Of a stretch of DNA of 64,000 nt, positions 1-8,090 are shown one piece after another (position 1 is the stretch's first letter; every line of letters starts with the position of its first letter). This stretch comes from Promethearchaeota archaeon (GTDB lineage Archaea > Asgardarchaeota > Lokiarchaeia > Sigyniarchaeales > SOKP01). A program made the position numbers and the translations under genes. A model generated the notes under the pieces. It saw nothing but the letters and a program-made list of their open reading frames with translations. It had not been told where the DNA came from and did no database searches. Where the stretch lies: assembly GCA_048941185.1 (NCBI GenBank), contig JBHLNW010000009.1, forward strand, positions 5,236 to 69,235, written 5' to 3'.

Positions 1-138
1 GCAGAAGGAGCAGCTAGTCTATGTACTCAATGTGAAGAATGCCTTACTAAATGTCCCCAACAAATTAATATCCCCGATATTATGGAAAAAACAAACGCAA
101 TTTTTGAACAAGGGAAAGAAGTTTCAGATTTTTTTTAA
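1..138 (+). CDS. 3' end of an Fe-S oxidoreductase (aldo/keto-reductase-associated 4Fe-4S C-terminal domain), partial
   Basis: Frame 1 is open from base 1 to TAA at 136-138. It translates to AEGAASLCTQCEECLTKCPQQINIPDIMEK..., with a CxxCxxCxxxCP ferredoxin-like cysteine cluster. The 5' end lies outside the window. Confidence 0.45.
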   Translation, partial: AEGAASLCTQCEECLTKCPQQINIPDIMEKTNAIFEQGKEVSDFF

Positions 139-233
139 TTAAAAATCTCTATCTAATAATTTTATCACTATTTATAACCAAAAACTTATTTTAAAAAGAT
201 AAATAATTTGAATTAGAAACTAGCAATTTTTAT

Positions 234-326
234 GGCCCTTGACGGTTGGAGTGGTCTCTGACGCTGGGCTTCAAACCCAGTTATCCTGCGGAGGGATAGG
301 GGTTCGATTCCCCTCGAGGGCCGCCA
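234..326 (+). tRNA. tRNA-Sec (anticodon TCA), 9/4 fold, CCA encoded
   Basis: Folded by eye. 9-bp acceptor GGCCCTTGA/TCGAGGGCC. 7-bp D stem 245-251/256-262 with 4-nt loop TGGT. 5+1-bp anticodon stem, loop CTTCAAA with TCA at 271-273. Long variable arm TATCC-TGCGGAG-GGATA. 4-bp T stem GGGG/CCCC with loop TTCGATT. Discriminator G323, CCA at 324-326. Confidence 0.9.
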
Positions 327-338
327 ATTATACATAAA

Positions 339-1712
339 GTGTTTATAATGGTTGATTTTAGTAAAATATCAGATTATTTTAACAGCTTTAATGTTCCTGA
401 AAACATGCTAAATAGAGGTCAAATTGTCCTAAACGAATTCCTAAAACCCATGAAAATCCTTTTCGAACAAAAATCTGTTCCAAAAGAACCTTGGACTGAT
501 GAACAAATTGAATTTCTTCTTCAGATTCTTTCAAGTATGGATACAGATAAAGATAATAATGCTGCTAGAGTAGGTGAAAGAGAGGCTAGAATTGCTTCAA
601 AATTACACTTAAGAACTTCCGCAGGGTTTTGTCACGGTGTTGGAAGAAGCGGTTTTTTGACAGCACCTCAACCAAAAGCACCTGGAGGTTCAATAATGTA
701 TGAAATTTCTAATTATTTAGCTCAAAATATATTAAGAGAAAATGGTTTACCAAACATAAAAGGTGCTATTGTGGTTCCCTTATGTACAGGAATGTCTTTA
801 GCTTTAGCATTAGGTGCTTTGAAACCAAATCAAAATGAAAATAATTTAATTAACAAGCGATCAATGATAATTCCTCAAATTGATCATAAATCCCTTTTAA
901 AATCAATTAGTTTTATGGGATTTAAGCCTAAAATTGTTCCAGGTCAGATTTTTGGGGATGCTGTTAGAATTCCGGTTGAAAATATAAAAAGTAGTTTGGA
1001 TGATGACTGTTTCGGTATCATCTCACTTACTAGCTTTTTTCCACCTCGAGAACATGACGATATAAAAGAAATAAGTAAATTCGCAAAAGAAAATAATCTT
1101 GTACATATTGTTATAAACGCATATGGGGTTCAAAGCCCAGAATGGATGAAAATAATTCGTTCCGGAATCGACGCTGGAAGAGTAGACGCTATTATTCAGT
1201 CAACAGACAAAAATTTCCTTACACCTGTTGGAGGTGCTGTGATAGCCTCACCTTTCAAAGAAAATATAACAAAAATTAGCCAAACATACGCTGGTCGTGC
1301 CTCAGCTACACCAGTTGTTAATTTCTTAATTTCGATGTTATCTTTGGGTATTTCTGGTTATCAAAAATTAATTCAAGAACAAAAAAAAAACCGAATTATA
1401 CTTGAAACAGAACTCAGGAAAATTGCTGAAAAAATAAATGAAAGAATCCTTGATATTTATAATCCAATAGCAGTAGCGTTATCATTAAATAACATGAGAG
1501 AAGATCAGTTATATGCTCTTGGTGGTGCATTATACAATTTACGAGTTACGGGACCAAGAGTATATAACCCGAAAGAAAATGCATTCGGTACTTGCTGCAG
1601 TAATTATCCCACTCCATACATTATTATGAATGCAGCAATTGGAGCAAAAGAGCAAGATATCGTTTCTGCTGTAGAGAGATTTGAAAAAGCATATACTCAA
1701 ATAGTTCAGTAG
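339..1712 (+). CDS. spcS: O-phosphoseryl-tRNA(Sec) selenium transferase (SepSecS)
   Basis: 457-aa ORF, with the likely ATG at 348. PLP-lysine motif IQSTDKNFLTPVGG, plus GRSGFLTAPQPKAPGGS and overall SepSecS-like length. It lies directly downstream of tRNA-Sec. Confidence 0.85.
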   Translation: MFIMVDFSKISDYFNSFNVPENMLNRGQIVLNEFLKPMKILFEQKSVPKEPWTDEQIEFLLQILSSMDTDKDNNAARVGEREARIASKLHLRTSAGFCHGVGRSGFLTAPQPKAPGGSIMYEISNYLAQNILRENGLPNIKGAIVVPLCTGMSLALALGALKPNQNENNLINKRSMIIPQIDHKSLLKSISFMGFKPKIVPGQIFGDAVRIPVENIKSSLDDDCFGIISLTSFFPPREHDDIKEISKFAKENNLVHIVINAYGVQSPEWMKIIRSGIDAGRVDAIIQSTDKNFLTPVGGAVIASPFKENITKISQTYAGRASATPVVNFLISMLSLGISGYQKLIQEQKKNRIILETELRKIAEKINERILDIYNPIAVALSLNNMREDQLYALGGALYNLRVTGPRVYNPKENAFGTCCSNYPTPYIIMNAAIGAKEQDIVSAVERFEKAYTQIVQ

Positions 1713-1835
1713 TTTTACTATTTCCAATTTTTTAAATTTCTAATTAAACAGAAATAAAAATAAATAAAAACTATAAGTTCTATATTTTAATAAAAATTAT
1801 TTGAACGTGTTAAAATCGTGAATTAGGGATTCGTA

Positions 1836-2516
1836 ATGGAAAACCGGCTTTTAACCCAATTTAACAATGTTATTACTTCTCAATGGCTTTCTAAAGAAAT
1901 AGAAGAGGAATATAGCGCTTTAAGTCCTCGTGAGTTATTTGAATTAGCCTATCACACATGTAATTCAATATCAATGCGAAATATTTATATTAAATTATCT
2001 GCAAATGAAGATGAAGGTGGTTCAAAGGCAGTCTTCTACTCAAATAGCAAAAAATTTACAGCCATAGAAGCTTTAGATAAATCTTTAAAAATTTCTAAAT
2101 ATTTTAGTGAAGGAACTACTGGTGATAAAGTAACGTCAGAAATTCAACCTTTGCTAAAAAGCAGGAAAGAATTATTTGCTAAAAAGGATGTAGAACTAAA
2201 AAATCAGATTTTAAAAAGCATTTTGGTTGAAAGAAAACTCGATGAATGCGCTAATCTAGTGATGTTAAAGGGAATAAATCGAAAAATATATTTCGCGATT
2301 GGGGATGCAAGGGAATCAGCCGCTGTAGTTCCAATATTTATGGAAGCCGAAGGCGCAAGCCTAGTACAATTGGCTTTGAATAAATGGATGGAAACTGCTC
2401 AACGTTTAGAACAAGAACACAATTTTCCTGATAATCTTGTTCCCGGAATTCTAAAAAATCTTACTCAAATAAAAAGATGGCTTCTTGATTTAATTAGTTT
2501 AAATTTGGATAAATAG
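1836..2516 (+). CDS. hypothetical protein (226 aa), no recognisable motif
   Basis: Long ORF on the same strand, 123 nt after SepSecS. No family recognised by eye. Confidence 0.5.
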   Translation: MENRLLTQFNNVITSQWLSKEIEEEYSALSPRELFELAYHTCNSISMRNIYIKLSANEDEGGSKAVFYSNSKKFTAIEALDKSLKISKYFSEGTTGDKVTSEIQPLLKSRKELFAKKDVELKNQILKSILVERKLDECANLVMLKGINRKIYFAIGDARESAAVVPIFMEAEGASLVQLALNKWMETAQRLEQEHNFPDNLVPGILKNLTQIKRWLLDLISLNLDK

Positions 2517-2644
2517 AAATCACTTCAACTATTTTTATTCTAAAATTAATTCTATGATATTATTCTAATATATCTAAGGATATTCTTAGAATGTATATGA
2601 AAAAACGTAAAATAAATGTTTCACGATCTAAAGAATAAAAATAA

Positions 2645-2829
2645 TGGGCCATCGGGGAGTTTCATGATTGATCTAACCAATCAAGCCATTTCGAACCCCG
2701 GATCTCAGGTTTTTACTAAAATACGGACAATTTTTTCTGTTTTTTGTATGTCCGTAGGTCATTTATAAGACCTGCGCTTGTTGACCAAGCTTTTTTAAAA
2801 CCTTGTTAACCAGTCTGAGCTAATGGCCC
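2645..2829 (-). tRNA. intron-containing tRNA, probably tRNA-Ile (anticodon TAT), with three insertions (D-loop, 37/38, T-loop 59/60)
   Basis: Minus-strand acceptor GGGCCAT (2829-2823) pairs with ATGGCCC (2652-2646); discriminator A2645. D stem GCTC/(A)AGC. Anticodon stem CAGGT (2774-2770)/ACCTG (2710-2706); loop CTTATA|A with TAT at 2767-2765. 52-nt intron at 2763-2712 containing hairpin ACGGACA/TGTCCGT. T stem CGGGG/CCCCG with loop TTCGAA|T split by a 31-nt insert (2689-2659). About 25-29 nt extra in the D-loop (approx 2779-2807). Confidence 0.65.
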
Positions 2830-3045
2830 ACCTATTAAATTAATTTACTCAGATACATCTAATCAATTTAATTTTTTATACAATACCTATTACAATGGTT
2901 ATGTATCTAGATAGTAAATATAATCTAATAAAATCACGAAAAGATAAAAATTTTTTTATTGGTGTAATCTGTTATATTTATAAATGAAATAATAAAAAGA
3001 GACTTTAGTTAATTACAAAAAAAATATTGAATTAGTTGATACAAA

Positions 3046-3459
3046 ATGGCTGAAATGTTAACAGATCTACTTCAGAATATCTACAAAAGAATTGCTCAAT
3101 TAGGACAATCAATTCAACAATTAAATGATTCCCTCAATACTCTTAATCGAAATATTGAAGAAAAAATTGCAAATTTAACTGCGAAATTAGAAGAATTTTC
3201 TAATGAAATTAAAGTTACTCAAACAAAACATATTGATGTTGTAAAGGAGATTGGGGGAGGAACTACAAAAGAATTGAAAGTTATTCAAGAAGGCTTAGGT
3301 TTAGATTCTTTAAAAAATCTTATTAAGAAACTTGAGGATTTTTCTAAGCTTTCTGAAGGTGTTCTCAATCAAGATACTGTGAATTTATTATTATCAGAAG
3401 CAATTGATTCTGTTAAAAGTCTTAAACAATCTATTAAAGAAGAAGAGGTAATAGAATAA
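3046..3459 (+). CDS. coiled-coil protein (137 aa), paralogue of the next gene
   Basis: ORF with heptad-rich sequence (LLQNIYKRIAQLGQSIQQLNDSLNTLNRNIEEKIANL...). It starts MAEML, like its neighbour. No TM segment. Confidence 0.6.
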   Translation: MAEMLTDLLQNIYKRIAQLGQSIQQLNDSLNTLNRNIEEKIANLTAKLEEFSNEIKVTQTKHIDVVKEIGGGTTKELKVIQEGLGLDSLKNLIKKLEDFSKLSEGVLNQDTVNLLLSEAIDSVKSLKQSIKEEEVIE

Positions 3460-3477
3460 ATTTAAAGGTGTGAAAAG

Positions 3478-3897
3478 TTGGCAGAGGCTTTATTAGATGA
3501 AATGATTCAAAAAATAAATCAAATTATGGCTTCTTTGGATGGCACAATAGCTCAGATTAACCTAATGAGAGGTGCTATTGAACAAATGAGTCAAAATTTT
3601 TCTGAACAAACAGTTGCTATGACAGAAAATATTCGACTAATAGTAGAAGTTTTAAAACAATTTAGAGTTCAATCTACTAAGAGTCTTTCAGATCTTTCTG
3701 ATGATTTTAATGAAAAAATAAAAGAACTCTGGGAAAAGAAGTCCATTGAAGCAATTACAGAAGAAGAAAAGAAGGCAATTGATATTATAAGAAAAGCATC
3801 TAAAGCTGTAACAGATAATCTTTATTTTGCTCAATTATTGAATATAATTCAAAGTATTAGAGAAGAAACTAATAGAATAATTAGTGCCAGTCAATAA
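3478..3897 (+). CDS. coiled-coil protein (139 aa), paralogue of the previous gene
   Basis: TTG start preceded by aaaGGTGtgaaaag. The N-terminus (M)AEALLDEMIQKINQI parallels MAEMLTDLLQNIYKRI of the upstream ORF, with similar length and heptad pattern. Confidence 0.6.
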   Translation: MAEALLDEMIQKINQIMASLDGTIAQINLMRGAIEQMSQNFSEQTVAMTENIRLIVEVLKQFRVQSTKSLSDLSDDFNEKIKELWEKKSIEAITEEEKKAIDIIRKASKAVTDNLYFAQLLNIIQSIREETNRIISASQ

Positions 3898-3969
3898 TAA
3901 ATTTTTAATTTTTTTAAACTTAGTTTTAATTTAGTTTAATAATATATATTAGAAGGTGCATAAGGTTAA

Positions 3970-4875
3970 ATGCCAACGGGCTGTTTCGTCATATTGCTTC
4001 CCACCGATTCTGATTACAAGATTTTGGGATATTATTTTAAAGAGGGTAAATCTAGTTTTGAAATTAAAAATGATATTTTTCTAAGGTTAAATCTAGATCA
4101 TTCCAAGAATGAATATAATTTACTAAAAATAAAGGATCTTCAAATTTTTTCGTATAATCATAAATTTAAAGGAAAATTAACTCGGAATGCCTCAGGGCTT
4201 ATAATTGGGTTAATATTAAATGAAAATGACAAACCAGAAAAATTTCGTTCATCTCTTAAAGAAGCTGCAGAAGCTTTTGAAATCCCAAGTCTCAAAATTC
4301 TTAAGAAATCAAGAGAAGAATTTGAGGGGTTATTGAAGGATGTATATTTGGAGCATATAGAACCATTAGTAGATATATTACAACCTGAAGCATTAAAAGT
4401 TAGTATTATTAATATTACTAAATTTATGCTTAGCGGAGGGAAAAATGAAAGAAAAATTGCTCAAGAACTATTAGAAAAGGTTGAAAATGGTGATCATAAT
4501 AAAATTTCAGAGTATTATAATACCGCAGAAAGTGCAATGAAATCTTTAGATTATGAAAAAGCAGCCAAATTTTACGCTAAAGCTGCAGAAATTGCTGAAA
4601 GTCTGTATATAATGGATATAGCTGCTTCTCTTAAGGAAAAAGGCGATTTCTCTCAAAAAATACCTGATCTATCTAAAGAAAGAGAAAGAGTGGTACAAGA
4701 AGCTAGAAATGCTCTTAGAAATGAGGATTTTCATACTGCTTACACATTATATAGAAAAGCAAGTGAGATTTCTAAAAAATTAGTCCAATTTGATCAAGAA
4801 GAGGAATATAGATTAAAATCAAAAGCTTTAGAAGATTTTTATAAAATCGATGAAAAATATAGAAAAAATAAATAA
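3970..4875 (+). CDS. two-domain protein: N-terminal alpha/beta domain (longin/roadblock-like guess) plus two C-terminal MIT/TPR-like helical repeats
   Basis: 301-aa ORF. Residues ~1-105 alternate beta-like and helical segments (GCFVILLPT, KILGYYF, LQIFSYNHKF, GLIIGLILNE, KFRSSLKEAAEAFE). The C-terminal repeats AESAMKSLDYEKAAKFYAKAAEIAESL and QEARNALRNEDFHTAYTLYRKASEISKKL...YRLKSKALEDFYKIDEKYRK resemble the Vps4 MIT pattern (A..A...nYeeA..lY..A.e). Confidence 0.55.
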   Translation: MPTGCFVILLPTDSDYKILGYYFKEGKSSFEIKNDIFLRLNLDHSKNEYNLLKIKDLQIFSYNHKFKGKLTRNASGLIIGLILNENDKPEKFRSSLKEAAEAFEIPSLKILKKSREEFEGLLKDVYLEHIEPLVDILQPEALKVSIINITKFMLSGGKNERKIAQELLEKVENGDHNKISEYYNTAESAMKSLDYEKAAKFYAKAAEIAESLYIMDIAASLKEKGDFSQKIPDLSKERERVVQEARNALRNEDFHTAYTLYRKASEISKKLVQFDQEEEYRLKSKALEDFYKIDEKYRKNK

Positions 4876-4935
4876 ACTTCTTATGCTTTATTTTTCATAA
4901 ATAATATCCATTAAATTGCTGAATTTTTTTCTAAA

Positions 4936-5766
4936 ATGGTGGATTTTCATCGAAAGATAATATGCTTACTTACTGATTTTGGCTTAAAAGGTCAACATTA
5001 TGTAGCAAGTATGAAAGGAATAATACTAAAGATTAATCCTAGTATAAGAATAATGGATATAACGCATACTATTACTCCTTTTTCGATAATTGAAGCATCA
5101 TATATATTAAAAACCACTTATAGGTATTATCCTGAGGGAACGGTATATATAATTGTAGTGGATCCTGGTGTTGGAAGCTCTCGAGAAATATTAATTCTAA
5201 AAACCAAATCTAACCATTACTTTATTGGTCCTAATAATGGAATATTTTCTGATAATTTTATTAATAATATAGAGGAGTGTATTGAAATTCAAAATGATGA
5301 ATTCTTTAATAAACCAGTATCAAAAACATTCCACGGAAGAGATATTATGGCTCCAGTAGCTGCACACTTGATATCTGGTACTCCAATAAGCAAATTTGGT
5401 CCAAAATTTAATCCTAATAATTTAAAACAATCTCAGATTACATATAACATTGATTTTGAAAAAAAAGTTATCCAATGTTCAATCCAATATATTGACTCTT
5501 TTGGAAATGGCACAACTAATATAGAAATAGTAAATAATACAATTAAAAAAAGTCAAATCCGCATATACGAAAATGCAGAAATTAATTTTAAAGTTAAGGA
5601 AAAAAGCTATAAAGGATTTTTCGTTTTAAGTTTTTCACAGCTTCCAATAGGATCAATTGTATTTCTTGTAGGCTCAACAGGTTTTCTTGAAATTTCAATT
5701 AATCAAGGAAATGCATCAAAGATCCTTGGATTCGAAGTAGGAGAAATTATAACTATAGAATTATAG
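4936..5766 (+). CDS. S-adenosyl-L-methionine hydrolase (adenosine-forming), DUF62/chlorinase-fluorinase family
   Basis: N-terminal LLTDFGLKGQHYVASMKGIIL and VVDPGVGSSR motifs typical of the SAM hydroxide adenosyltransferase family; length 276 aa. Confidence 0.75.
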   Translation: MVDFHRKIICLLTDFGLKGQHYVASMKGIILKINPSIRIMDITHTITPFSIIEASYILKTTYRYYPEGTVYIIVVDPGVGSSREILILKTKSNHYFIGPNNGIFSDNFINNIEECIEIQNDEFFNKPVSKTFHGRDIMAPVAAHLISGTPISKFGPKFNPNNLKQSQITYNIDFEKKVIQCSIQYIDSFGNGTTNIEIVNNTIKKSQIRIYENAEINFKVKEKSYKGFFVLSFSQLPIGSIVFLVGSTGFLEISINQGNASKILGFEVGEIITIEL

Positions 5767-5781
5767 AAAAAAGTGTTTAAT

Positions 5782-6915
5782 ATGAATAATGAAATTTTGG
5801 TGTGTATTGAGAAAAACAATAAAAAATTTTTACAATCTGGCCAAATTTCTAAATACGTTTTTCCTATGAAAAGAATTGAGGCCCATGAGAAAAAAGTAAG
5901 TCATTTAATTACGAGATTTTTCATATTATCAATATCTCTAGATGGTTCTCCATTATACTTAGTACAAAAACGTGGAAAAAGTAAAAAAACATTTCCTGGA
6001 TATTTTACTGATTCATCATCAGGGCATGTAAATTGGGAAAAATACTTGGACTTAAATAAAATTAAGAATAATGCTTTAAGGGAACTTGAAGAAGAATTCG
6101 GAATCCCTCCAAGAGAAGTTAAGAAAGTGCAGCTTTATGATTTGAATTCAGAGGGTGATGAAATAGCATATATTTTTTTAGGATTTGTTAAATATGACGT
6201 TCCTTTAAATCCAGATGAGGAAGAATTAGATTTTAAATTTAGTAGATTTTATAACAAGGCTGAACTTGAAAAAATATTAGAAACTGAAAAATATATTGAT
6301 TATTCAAAACAAATTTGGGAAAAACTGTTAAATAAAGATATTTCCTCGATCTTCGAGAAGAAAAATGTAAATAATACCAAAAATACTTATAGAGTTGCTC
6401 TGTTTCTTGGAAGATTCCAACCTCTTCATCACGGGCATATTTATGTCATTAAGCAAATTTTAAAATTTAATAAAAAAATTAAAATTGGAATTGGTAGTTC
6501 TCAAATATCCAATACCTTAAATGATCCATTTACATCTGATGAAAGAAAAAAGTTTATTATCACAGCTCTAGAAAGAAGAAGTATTTCCTCAAAATCTTAC
6601 GAATTATTTGATATACCGGATATTTTCAACGCTAAAAAATGGGTAGATCATGTTATCTCAATTGTTGGGAAATTTGATATAGTTTATTCAAATAGTGACT
6701 GGGTGAGAGAATTATTTTCTAATAAGGGTATAAAAGTAGGGAACAAAATTTCCATTTTTAAAAAAAAGTTCAATGGGAACAATGTTAGAAATTTAATTAT
6801 TAAAAATAAAAAAGAGTGGAAAAGTTTAGTGCCTAATGAAGTTGTTGAACTTATAGGAGAATATAATGGGGTTAGTAGATTAAAAACTTTATATGAAAAA
6901 GAGAGAAAATCATAG
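5782..6915 (+). CDS. nadM: fusion protein: N-terminal Nudix hydrolase domain plus C-terminal archaeal-type nicotinamide-nucleotide adenylyltransferase
   Basis: Nudix signature RELEEEFGI (REUxEExGU) at about residue 100. NMNAT motif GRFQPLHHGH and later NDPFTSDERKKFI in the C-terminal half. The ORF track starts at GTG 5773; ATG at 5782. Confidence 0.75.
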   Translation: MNNEILVCIEKNNKKFLQSGQISKYVFPMKRIEAHEKKVSHLITRFFILSISLDGSPLYLVQKRGKSKKTFPGYFTDSSSGHVNWEKYLDLNKIKNNALRELEEEFGIPPREVKKVQLYDLNSEGDEIAYIFLGFVKYDVPLNPDEEELDFKFSRFYNKAELEKILETEKYIDYSKQIWEKLLNKDISSIFEKKNVNNTKNTYRVALFLGRFQPLHHGHIYVIKQILKFNKKIKIGIGSSQISNTLNDPFTSDERKKFIITALERRSISSKSYELFDIPDIFNAKKWVDHVISIVGKFDIVYSNSDWVRELFSNKGIKVGNKISIFKKKFNGNNVRNLIIKNKKEWKSLVPNEVVELIGEYNGVSRLKTLYEKERKS

Positions 6916-7973
6916 TGGTAGATAATACTTTAGAAATTGATGGAGCTTTAGGGGAAGGTGGAGGTGCCATACTTCGTATAGCAGCGGGATTTTCAATATT
7001 ATTAGAACGGCCAATTATAATCAATAATATACGAGCAAATAGACCTAAACCAGGTCTACGATTACAACATTTATTAGGTCTAAGAACTTTATCCAAATTA
7101 ACAAATAGTGAATTATCAGAATGTCAAGTTGGTACAGAAAAATTAACATTAAAACCAAGCCAATCAGTAAAAAGTAATATTGATGTAAAAATTACTACTG
7201 CAGCTAATATTGGTTTACTACTTCAGCCTATTCAAATCGCAAGTTTGGGTTTTAAAAAGCTTGACAAAATAAAGATAATTATTAATGGTGGTGGAACATT
7301 TGGAAAATGGGCTCCAAGTCTTAATTATCTTAAATATGTTACGTATAATATTTTTGGAAATCATGGATATACCATTGACATTGATATTCAAAAACATGGT
7401 TTTTACCCTAAAGGGGGTGCAGTTGCAATATGTACAATATATCCGCCTAAAAGCAAACTTAAATCGCTTGATTTAACAGAATTAGGCTTTATCAATTTAA
7501 TACAAGGAGAAATTATTTGTACAAATCATTTAATAAATAAAAAAATATGTGAAAGAATCAAAAAAACTCTAATACTCCACTTAAATAAAAATTTAGGCAT
7601 TGATGTTAAAATAAAATATAAATATGTAAATTCCTTAAGTCCAGGAGTAGGCCTTTCGTTGTGGGCAAATTCAGATACAGGGGCGATAATTTCTTCTGGA
7701 ACTATATTAGGTGAAAGAAATATTACTTCAGAAGATCTTGGTCGTATGGCAGCAGATAAAATCATAACATATATTAAAAACAAGATACCTGTTGATAATT
7801 ATTTAAGTGATCAATTAATTCCTTTCATAGGATTTATTGAAGAGCCTTCAAGCATAAAAGTCCTTGAGGTAACAAACCACACCAAAACTAACCTAGAATT
7901 ACTTAAGTTATTTTTAAAAAGAAATTATCAAATTAAAAAAGAAAAAACACATTTTATCATAGAATTTGAGTAA
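6915..7973 (+). CDS. rtcA: RNA 3'-terminal phosphate cyclase
   Basis: N-terminal EIDGALGEGGGAILRIAAGFSIL...RANRPKPGLRLQHL matches the RtcA signature. LSDQLIPF and a C-terminal His (EVTNHTKTNLELL) are present at the position of the adenylylated histidine. The GTG start overlaps the upstream stop (taGTG). Confidence 0.85.
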   Translation: MVDNTLEIDGALGEGGGAILRIAAGFSILLERPIIINNIRANRPKPGLRLQHLLGLRTLSKLTNSELSECQVGTEKLTLKPSQSVKSNIDVKITTAANIGLLLQPIQIASLGFKKLDKIKIIINGGGTFGKWAPSLNYLKYVTYNIFGNHGYTIDIDIQKHGFYPKGGAVAICTIYPPKSKLKSLDLTELGFINLIQGEIICTNHLINKKICERIKKTLILHLNKNLGIDVKIKYKYVNSLSPGVGLSLWANSDTGAIISSGTILGERNITSEDLGRMAADKIITYIKNKIPVDNYLSDQLIPFIGFIEEPSSIKVLEVTNHTKTNLELLKLFLKRNYQIKKEKTHFIIEFE

Positions 7974-8090
7974 ATTGATAAAAAACACATATAATAAGAA
8001 AGAATAATTTATCTATAGATTAGAAGAAATTTTTATAAGATTATTTTATTATATGTTTATTATAAAAATTATTAAAGTTTTCATATAACA

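Noticed and set aside
2517-3045. Integrated element next to the intron-containing tRNA, and likewise next to tRNA-Ser at 14078
   Set aside because: There is no integrase gene, no duplicated tRNA 3' fragment and no terminal repeats in the flanks.
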